64,000 nucleotides of DNA, taken from positions 33,232 through 97,231 of the forward strand of contig JBFXLE010000011.1 of NCBI GenBank assembly GCA_050173015.1. The letters run 5' to 3'. The translations under genes and the position numbers were made by a program. Within the stretch, counting starts at the first letter, position 1; each line of letters opens with the position of its first letter. Below the pieces are notes generated by a model. It was not told where the DNA came from. It worked only from the letters and a program-made list of their open reading frames with translations, and ran no database searches. This DNA comes from Calditrichaceae bacterium. Its GTDB lineage: Bacteria; Calditrichota; Calditrichia; Calditrichales; JBFXGD01. Below, in pieces: positions 28,192 to 36,372 of the stretch.

Positions 28192-28740
28192 ATGAAAATA
28201 TTAATCGGAGTAACTTCATCCATTGCCGCTTACAGAATTCCAAACCTTATTTCATCGTTAAAAAAGGAAGACCATGAGATCAAGGTGATAGTAAGCGAAC
28301 ACGCAAAAGCCTTTGTGGCGCCGCAGGCGATTGCCGTTATGAGTCAGAATCCATGTTTCACGGACCATGATGAGTGGAATAACACCAATCGTGTACTGCA
28401 TATTGAACTGGCGAAATGGTGTGATGTTTTTCTGATAGCGCCCCTCTCAGCAAACACTCTGGCAAAAATATCAAATGGTCTGTGTGATAATTTGCTGACT
28501 TCCGCGGTTAGGGCGTTGGGCGATAAAAAACTGGTCATCGCTCCGGCGATGAATACAAGAATGTGGGAAAACGGGTTCACAAAAATTCATATCGATCTGC
28601 TCGGGCGGATTTACAATTTGGATATCATCGAACCGGTAAGCAAACGACTTGCCGACGGTGACGAGGGCATTGGCGGACTCGCGGAAGATGAAACAATCAT
28701 TCAGGCGATTCGTTTATTGAGTAATTCAGCTAAACAGTAA
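28192..28740 (+). CDS. Stand-alone HFCD flavoprotein (homo-oligomeric flavin-containing Cys decarboxylase family), phosphopantothenoylcysteine-decarboxylase (CoaC)-like
   Basis: Motifs ILIGVTSSIAAYR, HIELAKWCDVFLIAPLSANTLAKISNGLCDNLL and PAMNTRMWEN parallel the Dfp N-terminal domain. No CoaB domain follows. Confidence 0.75.
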   Translation: MKILIGVTSSIAAYRIPNLISSLKKEDHEIKVIVSEHAKAFVAPQAIAVMSQNPCFTDHDEWNNTNRVLHIELAKWCDVFLIAPLSANTLAKISNGLCDNLLTSAVRALGDKKLVIAPAMNTRMWENGFTKIHIDLLGRIYNLDIIEPVSKRLADGDEGIGGLAEDETIIQAIRLLSNSAKQ

Positions 28741-28837
28741 ATTTTGCAAATCAATTGCATTTTGAGACTTCGAAATATTTGATTCTAAAATCGACTTTTA
28801 TGGTCTAAAAGAAATCAGGAAATCAGAAAGGGTACAG

Positions 28838-30391
28838 ATGAGACCGGTTTGTTTAATTGTTAGAGACGGTTGGGGGTATAATGAAAATCCCAAAGGCAAT
28901 GCGGTGATGGCCGCTCATACTCCCAACATTGATTCATATAAAAAGAATTATCCCTGGATGTTGATTAAAACATCCGGCGAAGCGGTAGGGTTACCGGAAG
29001 GTTTTCAGGGTTCCAGTGAAGTCGGACATCTTAATATGGGCGCCGGGAGGATAGTTGTTCAGGAGCTAAAAAGAATCGACGAGGGATTTAGAGACGGTTC
29101 GATTTTCAGAACCGAAAAATGGACGGCGCTGATCGGGCAGTGGAAAGAGAATAAATCACAACTTCATTTAATGGGACTGCTGCAGGATGAAGGAGTCCAT
29201 GCCCATATGGATCATCTATTTAAGATTATCCGGCAGGCCCGTAGTGAGTACGCGGAAGGGAAAATCGTTATACATCCTTTTCTCGATGGCAGGGATACCC
29301 CGCCAAGAAGCACGCTCGAGTATATCGCCAAACTGAAATTGGTAATGCAGGAGGCGGGAGGCTGCAAAATCGGTACCGTGATGGGACGATACTACAGTAT
29401 GGACCGTTCCAGGGACTGGAAACTGACGGATAAAGCCTATAACTGTATTGTCAATCTCGATGGCCGCGGGACGGAGACGGCTGAAGACGCGGTGAGAGCC
29501 TCTTATGAAAATGATAAAACTCCGGATAATGTGGATATGTTTGATGAGTATATCCCACCTTATGTTGTCGCCGGATATGAAGGCGTGAAGGACGGAGATT
29601 GTGTTTTTCATACAAATTACCGTCAGGACCGCGCCATACAGCTTACCATGGCTTTCGTTGATGAGCGTTATCCCGGGAAACTGCAAAAAAAGGTCCGTGT
29701 CCGTTATCTTGGATTTACCCGTTATTATGATGAGTTTAAGGAATATCTCATGGGAGCGATGGGATCCGGCGGGGCCATGAATAAACTTCTTGGGGAAGTG
29801 ATTTCAGAAGCTGGTCTTAAACAGCTGCGCTTGTCCGAGACACAAAAATTTCGACATGTCACAAGCTTCTTTAACGGTAAGTTGACAACACCTTATCCGG
29901 ATGAAGACCAGGTTGAGATTAAAAGCGATATTGATCCCGCGGCATTTGCAAGTCACCCGCAGATGGAAGCGGCTGCTATTACCGATGAGCTATTAAAAAG
30001 AGTTGAAAATAATCCATATGGTTTCATTCTGATCAATTATCCGAACGGCGATATGGTTGGCCATACAGGCGATTTTAACGCTGCAAAAAAAGCTGTTGAA
30101 ATAGTAGATGAAAATATCGGTAAAGTAGTGAAAAGACTTCTGCAACTGGACGCCCATATTCTTATCACAGCCGATCACGGCAATTCGGAGCAGATGTTGG
30201 ATTATGAAACCGGCATGATAAAAACAAGTCACACCACTTTTCCGGTGGAATTGATCTATATTGCCAAAGACGCGAATGTGTGGAAGCTCAAGGATGACGG
30301 AAAACTCGCGGATATAGCGCCAACTATTTTGACGTTGCTTGGTCTACCGATCCCAAAAGAAATGACAGCAGACGTGTTGATAAAAAAATAG
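28838..30391 (+). CDS. gpmI: 2,3-bisphosphoglycerate-independent phosphoglycerate mutase
   Basis: 517 aa. Motifs RDGWG, SSEVGHLNMGAGR, YPNGDMVGHTG and ITADHGN. Confidence 0.95.
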   Translation: MRPVCLIVRDGWGYNENPKGNAVMAAHTPNIDSYKKNYPWMLIKTSGEAVGLPEGFQGSSEVGHLNMGAGRIVVQELKRIDEGFRDGSIFRTEKWTALIGQWKENKSQLHLMGLLQDEGVHAHMDHLFKIIRQARSEYAEGKIVIHPFLDGRDTPPRSTLEYIAKLKLVMQEAGGCKIGTVMGRYYSMDRSRDWKLTDKAYNCIVNLDGRGTETAEDAVRASYENDKTPDNVDMFDEYIPPYVVAGYEGVKDGDCVFHTNYRQDRAIQLTMAFVDERYPGKLQKKVRVRYLGFTRYYDEFKEYLMGAMGSGGAMNKLLGEVISEAGLKQLRLSETQKFRHVTSFFNGKLTTPYPDEDQVEIKSDIDPAAFASHPQMEAAAITDELLKRVENNPYGFILINYPNGDMVGHTGDFNAAKKAVEIVDENIGKVVKRLLQLDAHILITADHGNSEQMLDYETGMIKTSHTTFPVELIYIAKDANVWKLKDDGKLADIAPTILTLLGLPIPKEMTADVLIKK

Positions 30392-30646
30392 CCCGGTCGA
30401 TGGTTTGGGAAAAATTGTCCACTGATTTCACGGATTACACAGATTACTTAGAAAAAAAATATATCAATTTAATTCTAATCCGTGAAAATTAGTGAAATCC
30501 GTGGACCATCTTGAAAGGCCATCGAAAAAGAAACAAGCCCGCGAATTACACGAATTACCACTAAAATGAAAAAAAGTAATTATTAATTGGTGAAAATTAG
30601 TGAAATTAGTGGGCCATCTTAAAAAACCGCAAGAGAAGAAGAATTG

Positions 30647-30728
30647 TCCACAGATTGCACAGATTATTTAGAAAAATAACTATATAAATTTAATTCTAAT
30701 CCGTGAAAATCGGTGAAATCCGTGGACC
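30647..30728. repeat. Representative module A (imperfect 82-nt hairpin; 90-91 nt in copies carrying the extra 9-mer)
   Basis: The sequence is gtccacagattgcacagatta - A/T-rich loop tttagaaaaataactatataaatttaattc - taatccgtgaaaatcggtgaaatccgtggac. The outer 6 bp gtccac/gtggac are perfectly complementary. Confidence 0.85.
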
Positions 30729-30758
30729 ATCTTGAAAGGCCATCGAAAAAGAAACAAG

Positions 30759-30836
30759 CCCGCGAATTACACGAATTACCACTAAAATGAAAAAAAGTAA
30801 TTATTAATTGGTGAAAATTAGTGAAATTAGTGGGCC
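30759..30836. repeat. Representative module B (imperfect 78-nt hairpin, diverged homologue of module A)
   Basis: The sequence is gcccgcgaattacacgaattaccac - loop taaaatgaaaaaaagtaattatt - aattggtgaaaattagtgaaattagtgggc. It has the same arm/loop/arm layout, and the following linker starts with the same c/tatctt. Confidence 0.85.
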
Positions 30837-32109
30837 ATCTTAAAAAACCGCAAGAGAAGAAGAATTGTCCACAGATTGCACAGATTATTTAGAAAAATAA
30901 CTATATAAATTTAATTCTAATCCGTGAAAATCGGTGAAATCCGTGGACCATCTTGAAAGGCCATCGAAAAAGAAACAAGCCCGCGAATTACACGAATTAC
31001 CACTAAAATGAAAAAAAGTAATTATTAATTGGTGAAAATTAGTGAAATTAGTGGGCTATCTTAAAAAGCCGCAAGAGAAGAAGATTGTCCACAGATTGCA
31101 CGGATTACACAGATTATTTAGAAAAATAACTATATAAATTTAATTCTAATCCGTGAAAATCGGTGAAATTCGTGGACCATCTTGAAGGGCCATCTAAAAA
31201 GAAACAAGCCCGCGAATTACACGAATTACCACTAAAATGAAAAAAAGTAATTATTAATTGGTGAAAATTAGTGAAATTAGTGGGCTATCTTAAAAAGCCG
31301 CAAGAGAAGAAGATTGTCCACAGATTGCACGGATTACACAGATTATTTAGAAAAATAACTATATAAATTTAATTCTAATCCGTGAAAATCGGTGAAATTC
31401 GTGGACCATCTTGAAGGGCCATCTAAAAAGAAACAAGCCCGCGAATTACACGAATTACCACTAAAATGAAAAAAAGTAATTATTAATTGGTGAAAATTAG
31501 TGAAATTAGTGGGCTATCTTAAAAAGCCGCAAGAGAAGAAGAAATGTCCACAGATTGCACGGATTACACAGATTATTTAGAAAAATAACTATATAAATTT
31601 AATTCTAATCCGTGAAAATCGGTGAAATCCGTGGACCATCTTGAAAGGCCATCGAAAAAGAAACAAGCCCGCGAATTACACGAATTACCACTAAAATGAA
31701 AAAAAGTAATTATTAATTGGTGAAAATTAGTGAAATTAGTGGGCTATCTTAAAAAGCCGCAAGAGAAGAAGATTGTCCACAGATTGCACGGATTACACAG
31801 ATTATTTAGAAAAATAACTATATAAATTTAATTCTAATCCGTGAAAATCAGTGAAATTCGTGGACCATCTTGAAAGGCCATCGAAAAAGAAACAAGCCCG
31901 CGAATTACGCGAATTACCACTAAAATGAAAAAAAGTAATTATTAATTGGTGAAAATTAGTGAAATTAGTGGGCTATCTTAAAAAGCCGCAAGAGAAAAAG
32001 AATTGTCCTCAGATTGCACGGATTACACAGATTGTTTAGAAAAAAAATATATATAAAATTAATTCTAATCCGTGAAAATCAGTGAAATTCGTGGACGATC
32101 TTTGCTTTT

Positions 32110-33576
32110 CTATGGCAATTTTGCCAGTTCGATGATCAGATTTTTATGCATCTGATTCAAATTGGCAAGGGATCCGCTGTAATTATTAGCAATAATGGAA
32201 AAGGCAATCAACCGCCCCGTCCTGCTTTGCACATAACCGGACAGACTGCGCACCCGGGCGAGTGTGCCTGATTTTAATCTGGCATTATTTGCGAGAATGG
32301 TGTTGGATCCGAATGAACTAAATGAAGCCGGGTCGGCAGGATCTCCCGCAATGCCGAGTGAGTTGTAAAAATAGTCGAAGTATGGATGAGAAGTCATATT
32401 TACAAGCAATTGGGTTATGGATTCGGTCGTAATACTGTTTTCCCTGGAAAGACCGGAGCCGTCATACAGATGCATGCCGTCCGTTGATATTTTGTTGTTT
32501 TCACAAAAATTATAAAGAGAATGGATACCTTGTTTGATTGATGAGTTTCCGGTTTTTTCAAGAGCGATCAGGCGCAGGAGCTGCTCGGCGTAGAGATTCA
32601 TACTGCGTTTATTTGTGTAATATACGATTTCCTTTATGGGTGATGACATCGTTTTGTGTATTAATTTTGCAGAATTATAGCTTATGGTCTGATTCTGTTT
32701 TTTCGGAATTCCGCTTATGGCTATACCCATCTTTTTAAGTTGATCGGAAAAATATTGGGCAGTGAACAAAGCGGGGTCAGGGATCGAACCCTTAATGGCG
32801 AACTCACTCACACCCGCGGGAACGGTTCCCCGCAGAGTTGCCGTATATTGCCCGGGAGCGCAATATATATAACCGCGATCACCGGAGCCTCTGCGTCCGG
32901 TTAACATATGATTGTCGAAGCTGAGTCCGGGAATAACCGGTTCTGTTCTAAGTGTGTTGGCGGGTTGACCGTTGAATTTGCCCGGTTTGAAATAAAGAAA
33001 ATAAAGATTGTCATGGATTGATAAAGCATTGGTGCCTGCGCCGTAGTAATTTCCAATATCACCCCAGGTCCAGTTATCGGGTACGGCGTTACCGCTAAAA
33101 AGCAAATCATCAGCGATAATCGCGCCGCGGATTTCCCTGATGCCCTTTTTCCCGACAGCAACAGCCCACTCAGCCATCAGATTATTTAGCGAAGCGGAAC
33201 TGTCTATTCTGTCCGAGCCGAGTGCCGGATCTCCTCCGCCTTTAATGTAGATATTTCCGGTTAGAATACCATCAGGTCCTATATTTCCGTCATAATAGAG
33301 GTGTGTTTCGATTCGATGATCAGGGCCGAGCAGATCCAGAGCGGCCGCGGTGGTTAGTAATTTTAGGCCCGAAGCTGGGGCCAGACTGGCGTTGCCGTTA
33401 AAATCGATAATAACTTCAGAATTATCCGTGTATTGAGCATAAATACTCCATTGCGCATGACGGAGGCTGTAATAATTCTGATAAGAGTCAATCAGTTTTT
33501 GGAGCTGGTTTTGCGCAAAGAGCAGTGCGGGTATTATCAATATTAATATCAAAGTCGTTATTATTCTATTTCGCAT
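32110..33576 (-). CDS. dacB: D-alanyl-D-alanine carboxypeptidase/endopeptidase, PBP4 (peptidase S13) family
   Basis: Signal peptide, SxxK in APASGLKLLTTAAAL, and the typical PBP4 length and pattern (GGGDPAL, DGSGLSR, KSGTL). Confidence 0.85.
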   Translation of the reverse strand: MRNRIITTLILILIIPALLFAQNQLQKLIDSYQNYYSLRHAQWSIYAQYTDNSEVIIDFNGNASLAPASGLKLLTTAAALDLLGPDHRIETHLYYDGNIGPDGILTGNIYIKGGGDPALGSDRIDSSASLNNLMAEWAVAVGKKGIREIRGAIIADDLLFSGNAVPDNWTWGDIGNYYGAGTNALSIHDNLYFLYFKPGKFNGQPANTLRTEPVIPGLSFDNHMLTGRRGSGDRGYIYCAPGQYTATLRGTVPAGVSEFAIKGSIPDPALFTAQYFSDQLKKMGIAISGIPKKQNQTISYNSAKLIHKTMSSPIKEIVYYTNKRSMNLYAEQLLRLIALEKTGNSSIKQGIHSLYNFCENNKISTDGMHLYDGSGLSRENSITTESITQLLVNMTSHPYFDYFYNSLGIAGDPADPASFSSFGSNTILANNARLKSGTLARVRSLSGYVQSRTGRLIAFSIIANNYSGSLANLNQMHKNLIIELAKLP

Positions 33577-33642
33577 AATCGGGTTCCGGAATTTATAATT
33601 GAAAAAAGGTTCAGATCTGAATTTTAATCGCGCTGATTTGAT

Positions 33643-34785
33643 CTAATCCATAAAAATAAATTTTATATTCCTCTTTTCCAGCTCTTCCATAAATGTCATT
33701 GTCGGAACGGAAATCTCCTGTTTAAGTACTCCATGATCTTTGATTTGACCTGATAAGAGCATCTGAAGAACGATGGCAGCCGGAAAAGCGGTGGTGCGCA
33801 TCATAGCAGACAAGCCTGAAGACGGATCACCGTATTCAATCGCCTGATATTGGATGATTTTATTGCTGCCCGCTTTTTGTCCCTTTGCGGTAACCCGGAT
33901 GAGTACAACATCATCATCCTCATGGGTGAGAGCTGCTCCCAGCAACTTTTCAAAAATATCCCGCGTTTTGTACTTCCGTCCATCCAGGTCCAGTTCGGCT
34001 GTCCCGGTAAATCCGAGATCAATCATTGCCTTCATAATGTGGGCATGTCCGGGATAGCGGATGGTCTTGTAGTCAAGACGCTTGATTTTTCCCTCATATG
34101 TCTGAGGCAGCGTTGACGTTCCGCCCGATGTATAGAAAGCTTCGAGCAGACCGAAAGGTTTTGGGAATTCAAGTTCTTCAACATCGGTCATGCTCGGGAC
34201 TGTCCTGATTTCCCCGTCTTCGATAATCACCGCCGGTTCGATATATTCATTGATAAGGCCGTGGACAGAAAATACAAGCATATAATTCAATGGTGGTTTG
34301 GGATTAACCGGGAGGCCTCCGACGCGGATTTTTACAGAATCTATTCTCGCGAGTTCGCTGATCGCATGGGCAGTAACAATAGACACCATCCCAGGGGCAA
34401 GACCGCAGTCCGGTACAATGCCGATCCCTTTGGCTTTAGCCTTATCATGCAGGCCGAACTGTTTTTCGACGACAGAATTATTGCCGCCCAGATCGACAAA
34501 ATGAGTCGCGGTATCGACGGCTAACTGCGAAAGTCCGAAATTGAAATCATATGGCACGGCGCTCACGGCACCGTCTGCCTGTTCGAAGAGCGGGCGAAGG
34601 ATCGCATAATCATCCGCGCCTGCCAGCGTTGTTCGAATCCGGCTGTCTTTGTATTTTTTTTCAATAATATCCAAGGCGTCTTTGGATTGATCCACTATCC
34701 ATATATCGGTAATATTACGATTATTTAAAAAATCAAAGACAAGGCCGCGCGCCATTTTTCCGGCCCCAAGAACAATAACTTTCAT
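33643..34785 (-). CDS. Saccharopine-dehydrogenase-family NAD(P)-dependent oxidoreductase
   Basis: N-terminal Rossmann motif MKVIVLGAGKMARG. The CGLAPGM segment is typical of the family. Confidence 0.75.
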   Translation of the reverse strand: MKVIVLGAGKMARGLVFDFLNNRNITDIWIVDQSKDALDIIEKKYKDSRIRTTLAGADDYAILRPLFEQADGAVSAVPYDFNFGLSQLAVDTATHFVDLGGNNSVVEKQFGLHDKAKAKGIGIVPDCGLAPGMVSIVTAHAISELARIDSVKIRVGGLPVNPKPPLNYMLVFSVHGLINEYIEPAVIIEDGEIRTVPSMTDVEELEFPKPFGLLEAFYTSGGTSTLPQTYEGKIKRLDYKTIRYPGHAHIMKAMIDLGFTGTAELDLDGRKYKTRDIFEKLLGAALTHEDDDVVLIRVTAKGQKAGSNKIIQYQAIEYGDPSSGLSAMMRTTAFPAAIVLQMLLSGQIKDHGVLKQEISVPTMTFMEELEKRNIKFIFMD

Positions 34786-34902
34786 TTAAAATCTCCATTT
34801 TTTTAACTTTTACTCATAAGCTAAGAACTGAAATTAAGAAAATAAATACTTGATGAAAATTTAGCTTTCCGTATCCCGGTTACCCATTGAACATTTTTTT
34901 TA

Positions 34903-35478
34903 TTACGTCCACTTCTGAACGGCCTCCGGTGGTACATAAGAAGAAAAATAATCAAAAATTTCTTCTACGGATTCACTGACAAAATAAAGATCGCGATAGG
35001 CGTTTTTGGAAAAATTCAGATTGTAGAATCTATCAAACTGATCAAGCAAGCAGTCATAAAAATTACGGGTATTGAGAATCGCGACCGGTTTATTATGCAG
35101 TCCAAGCTGTTTTGCGGTAATAATTTCCATCAGCTCTTCGAGGGTGCCGAATCCTCCCGGGAGGGCGATAAACGCATCCGAAAGTTCCTCCATTTTTGCC
35201 TTTCTGGAACGCATATCTTTTGTAATGTAAAATTGACTGGCGTTTGTATATTGAACACCTTTATTGACGAGGACCTCCGGCATTACACCAATAACATTTT
35301 TGTTTCCGTCCAAAATGACATCGGCCAGGTGACGCATCAAACCGACATTGGCTCCGCCGAATACGAGTTCCTTATCATGTTTTACAAACGCCTTCCCCAG
35401 CTCCACAGCGGAAATGATGAATTGCGAATCGATTGTATTGCTTGAAGACGCGAAAACGGCGATGCGGTTGAGAACCAT
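34903..35478 (-). CDS. LOG-family (TIGR00730) nucleotide 5'-monophosphate nucleosidase
   Basis: Motifs VFGGANVGLMR and PGGFGTLEEL. I prefer the start at ATG 35478 (MVLNRIAVFASS) over the longer ORF-track start. Confidence 0.85.
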   Translation of the reverse strand: MVLNRIAVFASSSNTIDSQFIISAVELGKAFVKHDKELVFGGANVGLMRHLADVILDGNKNVIGVMPEVLVNKGVQYTNASQFYITKDMRSRKAKMEELSDAFIALPGGFGTLEELMEIITAKQLGLHNKPVAILNTRNFYDCLLDQFDRFYNLNFSKNAYRDLYFVSESVEEIFDYFSSYVPPEAVQKWT

Positions 35479-35716
35479 GGACTTCCCTTTCTGTGAGATT
35501 GGATGTCCGGTAAATTTAAGATGTTTTGACCTGACCGACAACCCTAAATAAGTTACCCGATCAATCCATCCTCTGTCAAATTGGATGAAGGCGCGCAATA
35601 TTGGCGTATATATCTGACAGAACGACCGACGATTGATGTTGTGAAATTGTATTTATAATTTTCTCATTTTATATAAATATAGAAAAAATAATATGATATG
35701 AGAATAAAAAAGGTTT

Positions 35717-35731
35717 TGGCACGATGATTGT
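35717..35731 (+). promoter_or_regulatory. Sigma-54-like -24/-12 element upstream of hsp20
   Basis: TGGCACG-atga-TTGT against the consensus TGGCACG-N4-TTGC. Spacing is correct, but the conserved -12 GC is GT. It lies about 50 nt before the ATG. Confidence 0.3.
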
Positions 35732-35781
35732 TTTATTTGTAAGCAAAGATCATGTAACAATAAAAAATAGGAGGATTTAAA

Positions 35782-36225
35782 ATGACTATAGTAAGATGGG
35801 CCCCAAAAAGAGGGATGATGAATTTGAAAGATGATATGGATCGCATGTTTGAAGATTTCTTTGGATCTGATGTAAGTCCGGTTGAAAATTACAACAGCGT
35901 TACGCCGATTGTAAATGTTGAGGAAACCGAAAATGACTTTATGGTTTCCGCTGAACTGCCCGGGATGACAAAGGATGATATTAAAATTACTTTTCAGAAT
36001 AACAGCCTGACCATCAGCGGTGAAAAGAAATCAGAAAAGGATTTCAAAGATGCCAATTATCATCGCTACGAGCGTCGTTACGGTAAATTTTGCCGTTCGA
36101 TATCCATACCCAGTTCGATCGTCGCGGACAAAATTGAAGCAGATTACAAAAATGGTGTTCTAATGGTTAATTTACCGAAAGCGGAAGAAGTTAAACCAAA
36201 GTTAATCGACATCAAAGTGAAGTAA
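35782..36225 (+). CDS. Hsp20/alpha-crystallin small heat-shock protein
   Basis: AGGAGG RBS. Alpha-crystallin domain motifs: AELPGMTKDDIKI, the GKF..S..LP pattern, and YKNGVLMVNLPK. Confidence 0.9.
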   Translation: MTIVRWAPKRGMMNLKDDMDRMFEDFFGSDVSPVENYNSVTPIVNVEETENDFMVSAELPGMTKDDIKITFQNNSLTISGEKKSEKDFKDANYHRYERRYGKFCRSISIPSSIVADKIEADYKNGVLMVNLPKAEEVKPKLIDIKVK

Positions 36226-36240
36226 GAGTCACGCATCCGG

Positions 36241-36267
36241 AAAAGCAGGCTTCGGCCTGCTTTTTTT
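36241..36267 (+). terminator. Rho-independent terminator of hsp20
   Basis: The hairpin aaaagcaggc-ttcg-gcctgctttt is followed by a T7 run. Confidence 0.85.
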
Positions 36268-36372
36268 ATTTTAGCGGGATCAAATAAATGATGCTCAAAG
36301 TTTAGAGATATAATTCATGTGATGCGGATGGTGTCACAGGCGATCAGGATATTGAACTAAGGATAATTGAAT

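Larger units (their letters stand above)
30414..32103. repeat. Noncoding tandem array: 7.4 copies of a 220-230-bp higher-order unit (15 hairpin modules, alternating types A and B)
   Basis: Unit starts (attgtcc) are at 30414, 30644, 30864, 31084, 31313, 31543, 31772 and 32002. The last unit is partial (module A only). No ORF of 60 aa or more occurs on either strand. The array fills the whole gap between the gpmI stop (30391) and the dacB stop (32110). Confidence 0.95.

Noticed and set aside
30788-30808. Mini-ORF MKKSNY* repeated in every module-B loop
   Set aside because: It is six codons long, has no Shine-Dalgarno sequence, and lies in the A/T-rich loop. This is most simply a chance ATG.
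30414-32103. CRISPR array
   Set aside because: The regular spacing suggested one. However, the sequences between the hairpins are themselves repeated nearly identically in every unit, so there are no unique spacers. The period is about 110/220-230 bp rather than 60-75 bp, and no cas genes or leader are present.
30414-32103. Chromosomal replication origin (DnaA-box cluster)
   Set aside because: Most units start with TTGTCCACA, an 8/9 match to the DnaA box TTATCCACA, next to A/T-rich stretches. But there is only one such box per 220-230 bp, the other sub-repeats do not resemble DnaA boxes, and no dnaA, dnaN or other origin-linked genes are nearby. The match is probably a by-product of the hairpin foot gtccac.
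30414-32103. Integron attC array or MITE pile-up
   Set aside because: Imperfect inverted repeats of 80-90 nt recall attC sites or MITEs. But there are no GTTRRRY/RYYYAAC core sites, no intI, no cassettes between the sites, and the strict head-to-tail order is not what independent insertions would give.
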